A stretch of DNA of 64,000 nt. Source: Azolla caroliniana. Lineage: Eukaryota; Plantae; Polypodiophyta. The stretch spans positions 11,656,001 to 11,720,000 of the forward strand of contig JBHGNT010000020.1 of assembly GCA_043228905.1 (NCBI GenBank). Reading direction: 5' to 3'. The notes under the pieces are model-generated. The model did not search any database. It worked only from the letters and a program-made list of their open reading frames with translations, and was not told the DNA's origin. A program made the translations under genes and the position numbers. Position 1 is the first letter of the stretch, and each line of letters starts with the position of its first letter. Below are positions 37,607 through 50,400 of the stretch, piece after piece.

Positions 37607-39265
37607 ATGGAGTCTTTGCAGGCCAAGGCCCCCAGTGGATGGAGTCTCCCAAGGACATGCTTTCTCCATCGATGAAGTCAACCTTTACAACAAGCTTGGC
37701 CATGAAACCTTTGTCAAGCTATCTAAAGAATTCTATAGCAGGTACTGTCTCTCTCCGTCTCTTCACGTATTTATGGATATATGTGTGTATGAATACGTGT
37801 AATACACACACACACACACATGTGTATATGTGCACGTGTGTATGTGAATATATGCATATGTACATGTACATGCATACATACATACACATACATACATACA
37901 TATATGTATGTATGTGTGTATGTATGTGAATGTATACATATATGTATGTATGTATGTGTGTGTGTGTGTATGTATGTACCACACACATAAGTATTACAAG
38001 AAAGCAAGGATGTGCATAAAGAGTGTTTTTTATTGCATTTTGATGCCATTCCTGTTAGGAAGCTATGTGTTAAGTATACATTTCATGCACAATTCCGAGC
38101 TGAGCCAGCCAATCACTCGATGGACTTGTCTTTGCTCTTTCGTTAATGATAAGTGTGCAATTCAGAGTATGCTACTTGCATGTCTCGGCGTATTCTCGGA
38201 ATAGATTTAAGCGTGCTTAGCCTTTGGTATTGAGAGAGATTTTGATGCAACTCGTGGTGAGATTCTATCTGTCTTAAAGAAATGTATGCGAATTGGTATT
38301 GAATCCCTTTCAGAGTCTATGCCGATGACGATGAAACATTTCGGTCTATCTTTGCAAATTTTAATAAGGAGGATGTTATACAGAACCAATACGAGTTTTT
38401 GATACAAAGGATGGGAGGTCCGCAACTGTATTCTCAAAGAAAGGGTAAGGCATGGCATAACATACACACACACACACACCACACATACCATCCATCCATA
38501 CACACACACATGCATGCATGCATTCATACACACACACACGTAGATACGTAGATACATAGATACATACATATCCTTAGTGTAGTTTTATGTAGAAATCTAA
38601 GGCATGCCATATATACACAGACACACATACATATCCTTAGTGTAGTTTTATGTAGAAATCGAAGACCTGCTATGTAGATATGTTGTCGTTGGTCTATTTT
38701 TGTGTAGAAATCTTTTATGGAAGTAAAATTTTATCAATCTTAGGGCATCCCACATTGATCAAACGACATCTTCCATTCTCAATTACGATGCAAGGAGCTG
38801 GGAGGTGGCTGGAGCATATGCAAGGTGCCCTGGACAGCGTGGAGGAAATCGATACAGACTCCAAAGAAAGAATGCTTAATTTCTTCAGGTTGGTGGCTCT
38901 TTGACAAGCAAAATTGATGGGAAATTCATTAGAGTAGCCCCTCGTTTTTCACAATACACAAAGACGTTAACAGGAATATGCCCTCCCATCTTGTTGTAAT
39001 GAATTTGAATTACCGGAGAAAGTAAGGTAATAGGGAGAGTCAGTGTTTTGGGGAATATTCTTTGGAAATCTCATGAAAACTATGGGTTATTTTTACAAAT
39101 CTCCCCTTAAGAAACAATTATCTTCTATTAACTATGTTAAATCCGCAGCGGTGGGTGGGTTGATGTGTTTGTTTGTTTTTTATGAAAACCAGGCATACTG
39201 CATTCTTGCTTGTTGCAGGCAAGCAATCAATGACATCCACGAACCAAGCTTCACAAGGAGACTAA
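37607..39265 (+). pseudogene. GLB3: Truncated (2-on-2) hemoglobin GLB3 paralog 1; exon 1 frameshift (pseudogene or N-terminally remodelled gene)
   Basis: Exons 37607-37741, 38314-38444, 38744-38888, 39193-39265. From the ancestral ATG it is 2 nt shorter than copy 2 and stops at 37675. Exons 2-4 and their splice sites are intact ([30 protein letters not shown]...RWLEHM...FFRHTAFLLVAG). Confidence 0.85.
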
Positions 39266-42200
39266 TACCTTCAAATACAATGACATCCCTAGACTTCAAA
39301 TACTTGTGCATAATGATTGTAAAAACATTCATTCTGTAGGCCATGGAAAATAGAATAATGGCCGTAAAGATATTTGCTTTGTAGGCCATGGAAAATGGAA
39401 TAATGGCGGCAAAGACATTTGCTTTGTAGGCCATGGAAAACTCTCTAATTTTTCTATGTTCACACACTGTGAACATTTTGTATGAAAATATACCAGTTAT
39501 TATATCTCACATAGTCTTCATGTAATGGTGTCCCTATTTTCAGGTAAAAAGCCATTTCTTATTCTTTGCTGAGAAACTTTGAGAACAATGGAACAAACAT
39601 CATCATTATATGAAATTGAAAATATAATATCAATAGCAATGAAGAAAGAAAGACACAATGAAAGAAAACCCAATTCCTTTAGGTCAAAACAAAGACATAT
39701 TAACATCTCAATGAAGGTCCTAATGGCCTATGTGTCTAAGCAAAAGATAATGTTTGCGAATCTTCTCTCATCTTGAAAGAGAACACAAAGTAATGACCAT
39801 CTGGGTGAGGGTATTATACACTCAAAAAGTATTTAGGGAGCTTTGTGATATGTAGTTATTCACTTGAGCAGATTGTCAAGCTTACATGGAATGAAGCTTT
39901 TCCCTATAGATCATCCCTAACATAGTTTGATGACATATGGAGAGATGGCTTAATTAGAAAGCACCATCCACATTAAAAGGGAGGGAAATGATACCGGCAG
40001 CAGACATGTTGCTTTGTGTAAGATACCTAATTGAGATTGAAATGTGTAGTCATGTCCTTCATTCATCCCATTCTAGAGTTGAACAATGCGTGTTTGTGTG
40101 CATTTGTATGGATAAATTACACACATGATTATGTATGCATATATAGGTTGGTTTTTTGACTAACAGTGGCTCATTTGGAAATTGCTTTCACTTGTACAAG
40201 TTTGAATATCTTTAGAATATGCCAATTTCAATTTCACTAGGCATGGGTTTACCTCTAATTACCTTTCGGATGTATTTGTCTTTAAGGCCCTTTTGTTCAA
40301 CATGATAAGACACCATATTCAATGTAACCTCCTCATCGAGTCTCAGGAGCCATTTTGCAGGTTACTGAAGCTACATGGAAATGTGCGATAAACATTTGCT
40401 CATGATTGTGGGTAGTTCCACAATCATTTCATTGCTTATCAAAGTAATAAAAGATAGGTGTTGCTTTGGAGATGATGGTTGGAGCATGTTAAACTAAATG
40501 GGAACCTTATCGTATATTAATAAGTCTCAATGGTAGGCGTCTATGTGCAACTTATGATTTCGCGAGTCGTAACAATTTTACAACTTGTCGACCTTATTGG
40601 AAACGACAAATTTCTAACTTATCAATCCGTTGAAATTCTAAAAAAATTTGCTAATTATCTAAAAGCAGATATATAGGACATTTTTGCAGATTCGCACAAT
40701 ACGATAGGAAGTGGCAAGTACTTTTTCTCATAGTTTGCTATAATAAAAGCACAGGTAAAATTTGTCGTCAAACCTAGAAACAATTATAGAGAGATGATGT
40801 AATCCACCATTGAAAAAAATAGTAACTATCCAAACTCTCATAATCTTATAAGAGGATGATATTTCTACACATGTTCATGGGTCAATATTATGTTGTTCTC
40901 GATTATGCAATTCTTCTATCATTCATATCCTTCAAAGCTCCATTCTCTCCATGCAACCCACCCTCTTCAAAGTTGGTCTCGTTAAGTGTATTTTTTTATA
41001 TATTTTTTTCCATCCCTATCCTTCAAAGCTCCATTCTCTCCATGCAACCCACCCTCTTCAAAGTTGGTCTCGTTAAGTGTATTGATGGCCATGAACATAG
41101 ATAAACTTAAATGTTTGAGAGAGTTGGTTTTGATCCTTTTCAATTCAATAAATCCTTTCTCACATGCCATTGCAATTGATAAAAGTATCAAAATGAAGAC
41201 GATCATTCAAAGCTCAATTACTCATGGAAAAGAGTGTTGCTCCATCTGTGACAATGGCAATAAGTTTTCTAGAACTTGTGCATATTTTTTTATCTCTAAA
41301 ATGAATATTTATCCTCATAATAAAATATCATGCTTAACCTTCCCAAAATGATTGCAAAACATTGGTGACAACTTTCGTATGTATGAGTCTAATATTTGTC
41401 CCAATCTTTGCCATGGTGCTTAGCACATAAGAGAATACACACAAACCATCATAGGAGCACTTGATTAAATTTGTTAGATAGTTTTGATGCAAATGCATCA
41501 TATGAGCATTTGAAATGCTTTACAAAAAAATGTTATATAGATCAACAAACTAAAAACTAAAAATAAAGCAAAACTTGCACCTCAATGGAAGGACTCACAA
41601 TTTGTTATGGACGCGAAACTATAATTAATAGCATTACAAAAGAAATTTCAGACAAGAAAACTTCAACAAAATTTTAGACTAGATATGCATCAATAGATTA
41701 TTGAGGTGGAGTTAGGACTTATGGAAGAATAGTCTTTGGTGCATATTGTGTATATTTTTTATATGCTATTTAGATGTTAAATCCTAACAATTATCCGTCA
41801 TAATTGCAACTAGCTAGAAAGTTACATGTGTTGTATGTTATAATAATTATGTAATTATACACATGCAATGTCAATTAGGGTATTTGTTATGTTTTGTTTT
41901 GGATAAGCACTTTGTAGAGTTACTTCTATGTGGATGAGAGACATATTTCCCTCCTTGTCCATGTTCAAAGGTAAACGTTTGCCACCAAAAGTCTTTTGAC
42001 ACTTTTCAAAATATTCTTACATGTTGTGTGACATTTACAAACACCTTAGCTAGGTTTGTGGTTGCCGAATCCTACCATTGATGAGTTTATGTTACATTGA
42101 AGACCATATATGAAAGATAATTAACCCGCTCCTAGATAACATAGTATGACCAACTATCTCCAATTTAGAGATGTTGCCATATCACCAACCACAATAAGTG

Positions 42201-42849
42201 GGAAATTTACATAGACGCTCCATCACATTCCTATATCACGCAACCTTGTTCTCCTTCTAAGCATGGCTAGAAGTCCTTGGACAACATTTGTCCATATGTG
42301 AAGCAACACAATAAATGTGGGTATTTGGCAAATCATTTGCCACACATTCCTTCCTCGGTGATAGGTTAGAGAGGAGCGGATGGACGGATGAGCAAATCGA
42401 GGCCTTCCAAGAGCATGTCCTTTGGGCCTCCCCAAAACACAACATTGCAATTCAAAAAGCGTAAGAAGTTGAAGTAAACGAAAAATGAGAGAATCTCACA
42501 AGGCAAGGAAAACATGGGGCATATGCTAGAGAAGTCGAGCACAAATGGAAACGACGAGCACGATTGACGAGTTTCCGGGAGGGATCGGGAAGGGAGTGCG
42601 GTTTTCCGGGAAGTTTTTGTCGGATGAAAGGAGAGCAATAATAAGGCAAGAAAAAGGAGAGGATCAGAAGAAGAAGAAGAAGAAGACAGGGAAGAAGATG
42701 AGTTTTTTTACGGAGGATGGGTGGGCGGACGAATGGATGGACGGAATGGCCAGAAAAAGGAGTCCGTGTGACGACAAAGGTGGTGGGGGCTGGGGCAATG
42801 GGGGGTAGAGTTAGGGTTGGTGTGAATTGAAAGCCAGCCATGGCTTGGT

Positions 42850-42880
<31 letters not shown>

Positions 42881-43140
42881 TTATGTAACATGTTGGTAAG
42901 CATTATGTCGTTAGAATGACTATATATATGAATGTATGTATGTATGTATATGTATATATGAATATGTGTATATATATGAATGTATGTATGTATGTATATG
43001 TATATATGAATATGTGTATGTATATGAATGTATGTATGTATGTATGTATGTATGTATGTATAACAGTATATGTATACCATATATGTAGAGAGAGAGACAG
43101 AGCCAGGAAGAGGAACAGAGGTGTCTTTGGCTCTGTACCT

Positions 43141-44153
43141 ATGGAGTCTTTGCAGACAAAAGCCAGTTTATGGAGTGGTGTCTCCCAAGAGGATGCTTTC
43201 TCCATCGATGAAGTCAACCTTTACACCAAGCTTGGCCATGAAACCTTTGTCAAGCTATCTACAGAATTCTACAACAGGTACTGTCTCTCCCTCCCCCTCC
43301 CTATATGTATTTATGTGTGTATGTATACACGCACATAAATATGTATATGCATATATACAAAAATATTACAAAAAAGCATGTATATATACATGCATAGTGT
43401 ATGTATGTGATTATCTATATAAGTATTTGCATAAATATGTATGTATGTATGTAATGCCATTATATGTGTAGATGTATTTGTATCACTTATGAGAAAGCAA
43501 TGATGTAAATAAAGGGAGTTTTTAATTGCTTTCTCATGCCATTCCTGTTATGGAAGAGTATATATATATATATATATGTAAGTATACACTTAATACATGA
43601 TTTGGAGTGAAAAGGAAGGCTCGGAACTTAATGGACTCCTCATTACTTTGTCTTCAATTGGAAGATTGCAACTTGGAGTATACTGCTTGTGAATCTCTGA
43701 GTATTCTCCAGATAGATTTGCAAGTGCTTCTCTTGCAGCTTTAATCTGTTGTTTTTATGTATGTTGGAAATTATGGCCCTTTCACTCAACAATTTGTGTG
43801 TACCATGCATATTTATCAAGATTAAGAGACAAAAGTATACCCGATATGCATACCATGACTGATTAGTATGACTGAGTAATGCTCATGAACATTTGCCTGA
43901 TACTTCTCTGTTATGGTAATTGGATTTCTGATCAAACTCAATGTCTGACTCAGTTGGATCTTTGAATTTATTGTTGAAATGTAAGTGATTGGTCTTGAGT
44001 CCTTTCAGAGTTTATGCTGATGAAGACGATGAATCTTTTCGATCTATCTTTGCAAATTCTAATAAGAAGGATGCTATACAAAACCAATATGAGTTTTTCA
44101 TTCAAAGGATGGGAGGTCCGCCATTATATTCTCAAAGGAAGGGTAAGCCATGC

Positions 44154-44186
<33 letters not shown>

Positions 44187-44796
44187 TATATCATCAGTGC
44201 AGTTTTCTGTAGAAATCTAAGGCACATTACAGACATATATAGTAATCTTCAGTGAGTTTTTGTGTAGAAGTATATTGCTTTAAGTAAATTCTACCATCTC
44301 AGGGCACCCAGCATTGATCGGACGACACGGTCCATATTCAATTACGAAGGAAGGAGCTCAAAGGTGGCTAGAGCATATGCAAGGAGCCCTTGATAGCATT
44401 GAGGAAATTGATACTGACTCGAAAGGACGAATGCTTAACTTCTTCCGGTTGGTTCTCACAAAAGAATTTTAGAGAAATTGATTGGGTTAGCCCTTACTTT
44501 TCACAAAATTCCCAAGAAATACCAATTCCATATCTGGAGACATTAAATTACCAGAGAGAAAAAGGATTGTAGGGAGAGGTCCATTACTGGGGAAATAGTT
44601 TCGGGAATTTCATGAAAAATGAGGGGTATTTTTTGCAAATATCCTGAATAAATCAATTACCTCTTTAGCTATGTTATTCACAACATTGGGCTAATGTATT
44701 TTTGCTTTTGTTTTGCGAACCAGGCATACTGCATTCTTCCTTGTTGCAGGTAAGGAAATGATGGCAAATAGGAATCAAGCTTCGCAAGGAGATTGA
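43141..44796 (+). CDS. GLB3: Truncated (2-on-2) hemoglobin, class 3 phytoglobin, intact paralog 2
   Basis: Exons 43141-43277, 44009-44142, 44303-44447 and 44724-44796 give [32 protein letters not shown]...[57 protein letters not shown]...[11 protein letters not shown]...[12 protein letters not shown], matching plant GLB3 as I recall it. Confidence 0.96.
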
Positions 44797-46009
44797 TACC
44801 TTCAAATAATCATATACTAAGCCTTCAAATATTTATGGGATGGAATAACATTAAAGCATGGAATAATCACCATAAAGGCATTTGCTCTGAAAACTGTTGT
44901 GGATTTCTATTTTTACACGTTATAAAAATTCTTTAAAATGTACTTGTTATTTCTCTCACATGGTCTTCCATAATCATGCCCCTATGTCGAGGCAAAGAGG
45001 CATTTTTCGTTTGCTTTTGAAAATTGGATTGAGAGACTTCAGGAACAATGGAATGACAACCTTATAAAAAATTGAAGTGATAAAAACATTGAAAATGAGC
45101 AATAGGCATCGGTATGGAATGGCTTTCATATGGGCAACAACTCAATAAAACCACTGAACATGAATGAAGCTGATGATTTCGCAATTTAGTGGTGGTATTG
45201 ATTTTTGCTCTTTTTAGTTATGGGTATAGGGACAAAGAAAGAAAGACACAGAGAAAGAAGAGACACAATTCCTTTCAAATTGGGGGCCTGTAATGACCTA
45301 TGCATGCAAATAAGAGATCATGTCTCAAAATCTTCTCATCTTCGACAGAAACAAAGAGAAATGAGTAAAAACTGGTATCATGTACTGTGGCTATGCCACA
45401 ACCATTTGGGTGAGGGAATAAACACTTTGGTATTTAGGGAGCTTTTTAAAAAGTAGATATTCATGTGAGTGGATTCATGAGCTCATGTGGAGTGAAGCTT
45501 CTGTCTTTACATAATCTCGAACACAGTTTTTTAAAATTGGAGGACTTTTAAGATCAAGCACCATTGCCATTGAAAAGATGGGAAATGATGATCAAGGGTT
45601 TAGTGGCATGTGCTTATTCATAAGGTTGCTTCTATGCTCAAGTAGAGAGCATACATATGTGTTTGAGAGGTGGGGGTTGATGCATTTGAGTGGAAATAGT
45701 TGCAAGGCTCATTCATGTGATAATTGATGGGTTCATGCGGCAATTGATGATGCAAACGATTGTTGAATAGTTGTGAATGCTTTCACATGGTATAATGTGA
45801 GGTGTTTGTCATACCTTTTCAATTTCAAGATCATGCCTATGAATGTGGACTAGGATGAGAAGATGCAATTGGTTCCCAACTTGCATGGTTTATTTGAATG
45901 CAATAGCTTTGCAATTTTCCATTCCATTTTGTTTAGTGGCATAATTTGATATTTGTTGTGATGCATCATGATAGAGACCGATTTTGATCTATGGGAGAGA
46001 GAGCTAGAT

Positions 46010-46056
46010 TCGATTATTGTCGTCGAATGTCAAAAATGACCTATGAGACCAAAAAG
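46010..46056 (-). mobile_element. Diverged LINE 3'-tail copy next to (GA)n
   Basis: ATTATTGTCGTCGAATGTCAAAAATGACCTATGAGACCAAAAAG resembles 21671-21720. Confidence 0.5.
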
Positions 46057-46300
46057 AATAAAAATGATGTATAAATGCATGAATGTAAATTCTTGGTAAA
46101 ACTCAAAATCAATTATAATGTTAAAATCTCTAACATTGCTCATATATAGCTTAAACCCTACTATTATAGCACTATAGTATATACTCAATCTGACCGCCTA
46201 AATTTTTAATAATAAAAGACCTAGAAGCACAATGAACTCATAAACTTAACTCTAAGAAGTCCATAATCAAACAATAAACAATCAACAATGTCTTAAATTG

Positions 46301-46814
46301 TAGGTATGGACCCAGTTTCAGTTCAAACAGAATCGACCCGTTAAGCCATGGTTATGATTTATCATTTTGAATATAATTAAATAGCTTGGTTTGGTTTTCA
46401 AATATCATTGAACTATTTGTCTAATTATACAACTTGATTGATTGGTTTACAGGTTTTTTTATTAACCTTTTTTATTAATGGTTTAATAGAATTAATGTTT
46501 TTTGTTTAATGATTTAATTACATTAACTTAAATGCTTGACGAATTTAATGATTATTTGTTTTAATGTTTTTATTACTATTTAATTGTTTAATTAATTTGA
46601 CTTAGATGGTTTGGTTTAGATTTTTTATTAAATGGTTCATTTTGATTTCAACTTTTTCCTTAAACAGTTTAGGATTAAATAACTTGGTTCTAATGCTTCG
46701 GTCAAAATAGCTTTGTAGTTCTTAAACGGTTTGGTTTGGTCTTTGTTAGATATGAATGGCTCGTTAGGTTTCAAGGCCAAGAGACTGAACCAAACCAAAC
46801 CAGGCCTATGCCTA
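46301..46814. mobile_element. hAT-superfamily MITE (514 bp)
   Basis: 8-bp TSD TTAAATTG at 46293-46300 and 46815-46822, imperfect TIRs TAGGTATGGACC / GGCCTATGCCTA, AT-rich interior with GGTTT motifs. Confidence 0.85.
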
Positions 46815-47447
46815 TTAAATTGTACATGCCTACAGCAATTGAAGGACCAGGTTAATTTTGATTAATACAACTTAAATTAGTGAGCACAATTTCACCTTGA
46901 TTCAATTCAATGTACCAAATTTGAGACAATTTCATTGACATTTGAGATTATGGCCAGCAGTTCTATTGACTTTATAAATGAATTGAAGCATGCTTCTCTT
47001 AAAGAAGCAAAGAATAACCATCAACCAAATTAGGAGCACAAGGCTCAAAAAAGGCATTCTGAGAACTATTGTCAAGAAACTAAGAATACAACTAAAAAAA
47101 TAAAGAAAGAAATGTGATTTTATTTGCACGCATTGTGACAAAAAAGAAAAGAAAAAGTTGCACAAGAATTGTATCAAACAAATTTTTAGTATTCCTTATC
47201 CCATATAGCTGTCTTACAATTACAAGAAATTTAGGAATACTACTGAAACACAAAAAAAGGAAAATTTTGTGTTTACATTGTAACAAATTTTGTGCTCTCA
47301 TGACAAAGCTCGATTTGATGCACAACATGTCTGAGAAGGAGAGTGAAACCTTTGAATCTTTTTTGGCATATGGTTTGGAAAATAGACCATTAGTCCTCCC
47401 TCTATTGCTCAGCTATATAGTTTGAATTTTTAACAGAACGCAGCTTT

Positions 47448-50400
47448 TCACATGTCTGCAACAGACCACATATATGCTTCCACTTCGTTTGCCTTCCTCT
47501 CGTTCAGCCTTTTATACATATCTCTCTCAAATCCTGAAAAAGGTTAAAAATATGTCAACTGTAATTATGATTTGACATGAACAAATCATATATATAAAGA
47601 TTCATGTAAGTGCACATAGGATCTTAACACAGGAAAATCATGCATACAGAATATATGCACATTCAAAGTAAGACTGTCATTTAAAACATCTTACATAGGG
47701 AAGTCTAATAATCCTACAATTATGCTCAGGCCAACACAAATCGATCAATACATCTACATTTTTTCCTTCACACGATCTATATATTAAAATCTCTCTATTT
47801 TACGCTTGATCTAAACAGAAGAGAGGCAGTTTATCTGTGTGATTTCATGAAAAAGATTGCACCTTTAACCTACTGTTTAAAGCAATGATTTAAAAAGGCT
47901 TTCCCTAAAATGCAGATAAAAAGTAAAATTAGAAACAAATTGCATATTTATAAGCACTGGATATATACCAGTACTCCGATCGACACCATCCCAGTGACGG
48001 CCTGGCCGGATATTATATCGATTTGGTGGAGGAGTGATGCCCCTTTTCAACCAGCTATGACTCGGAACCGACTGAGGGACAATAAATCCCGATTCTTTCA
48101 TTTTCTCACTTGCTCCCAGATCCACAAGTCCATGTTCACTTGTCGATTTCTTCTGTGGAAACAAAAATAAAATATGTGCTCTTTTACAGATCAATGGGAT
48201 TCCTAATTTAGAAAAAAAAACAAAATACCCCTAGCTTTTAGGGTAAAAATACACCTAAACCTGGTCACTACCAGACTATCTCTGACTTTTTGGTCATTTA
48301 CCAGAATATCTCTTATGTTTCCAAAACATATCTTAATACCTCTTAGTACATAATTTACTTACACAGAGGGCTATCATGGATAAAATCTGCAAACTTTGAA
48401 ATTATCTGGTATATATCCAAGAAATGTTTGAGGCATGTTGCTGGGAAGGGGAATAACTCAACTTTCCAAAAACTCTCCACCAGTAGATATTATAAAATGA
48501 GGTCAGGAATTCAACCAGCTTGGTTGCTACCAATGGCAATAGATCTACCCCCAACCCACAATAAAGAGAAAATATTCTCCAAAAAGGAGCATTAGCTAAT
48601 AGCTGTTTCATTGAATTTTCACAAACCTTGACCAAGTGTGCCATTGGGTCTCCCCATCGAACTTGTTCTTTCAAGTGCTTGTCAAGGTCTGGGTCATCCC
48701 TGAAAAAAGAGAAGAAAAAACTTAACCACTGACTATGAAAATACATGTTCCTACATTTAGGCTTTCCCCATGGCCACTGTAATTTACAGGGAGATAAAAA
48801 TAATAATGAAAAGCCCATTTATCCCAAAATGAAACCAATCAGCACTACAGCTTATTTCTAAATTTTTTGACATGGTACATATTATGATGTCCCATGCAAT
48901 AGAGCTTTGTATGCGGCCAAGCCTAGAGTTCAGAACCTTGACTAAAACATTCATATGCAAATTTCCAACGAGTAACCTTGACTAAAACAGCCATCCACAA
49001 ATTTCCAACGAGGAAATCGTCATCATAGTAAAGTTACAAACATCTTATCACTAAGAACTACAGACAGAAACACAAACAGCGCATTCCGATTTTTATTTTG
49101 AAAGCACAGATCTTTAACACTTCTAGCATTCACCAAAACAGATCTGTTGTGCAAGTAGATTTACCTTGTCCTCGCAAAGGGTTTTGACTTCTCTGCCTCA
49201 ATCTCAGAAATTCTGATCTCTGCTTCTCTTTTTTGTGCCAAACCTTTCCCCCATTCCAGTGGCTTCTCCTGAAACAAAATAAAGAATTGTCATCATTGCA
49301 ACATTCCTGAAAGTTGAAAGTAAAGAAACATGAGCAATATTAAGAACATAATTTCAAGATGACATGATCTCCAAGATAAACTATAAAATAAGGTTAAGAC
49401 TACACATTTCATCAGTCAACTCAGTACATACTAACCACTGTCTGTACTCATTTTTGGATGGTTCAAGTAACGGCTTTTAAGCTTGGTGGGTGTACATGCA
49501 ACCTAAAAAAACCTCATCCTGAGAATACAAGTGGGAAAGGAACATTGATGAAAAGAACCTGTTCTTGACGGATGTTTCACATTTCTTAAATCAAAAGATA
49601 TTTGCAAGAGGTTGCATACTGGTCATGCAACATATATAACTACAAATTTTGATTTGTCAATATCTGCAAGACAAAAAACAAATGGCTATTTTATGGATCA
49701 TCCTCTATTTTTACATAAGACTGCCCAATGATTGGTGGCGGCATTTTCACATTAACATTCCCCATTGTTTTCCACTGGTGAATGATGTTCATTGCTTTTG
49801 TACAGTTCTTTAGGTAAGACAAAGGACAATGAGAGCCATGAGGAACGCCTATTCAATTTTCTAGGATTCTCTAATTTAAGGTTGTCAATATTAGTGCCTT
49901 TGGCTTTGTATCGTAGTTGAAAGTTTGAAACATTCTCACATTTTTGAGATTTACTAAATACTGATAGTTTAACAACATACTTCTGAAGGTTTGGATGTCA
50001 TTCCACATGGATTCACCCTTCAAAAATTGACCCAATATTCACAGAATTTCTATACCCCATTTACTCTATATTAGTTTTTCCATGCTTTGAAATGCAAACA
50101 AGAACAAAAAAATATATAAATCTTCAAACACAATATGTTATATAACTCATCACAATAAGATGTCATCTTTTTCCAAGTTTAAATACTTGAAACCTTATCA
50201 AATCATAGAAATATTAGAAACTATTCAGCAGATACCTCCTTAGGTGCCTTTTCCTCTTGCTGGAGCTTGAGCAGTTCCTCCACGCTCTCCAAACGTCTTC
50301 CTGCATAGTTAAATTTAATATTATGTTACCAGATATAACTTTATGCATTACCAAATATGCATACTTCTTGCTCCACACAGCTTGCTCATTATCCAATAGC

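Noticed and set aside
37639-38569. His/Thr/Tyr/Val/Cys-rich ORFs here and at 42811-43471
   Set aside because: They are translations of (CA)n and (TATG)n microsatellites in GLB3 introns and flanks.
43141-44796. Recent bacterial horizontal transfer of a truncated hemoglobin
   Set aside because: It has three spliceosomal introns and closely matches the standard plant GLB3 family.
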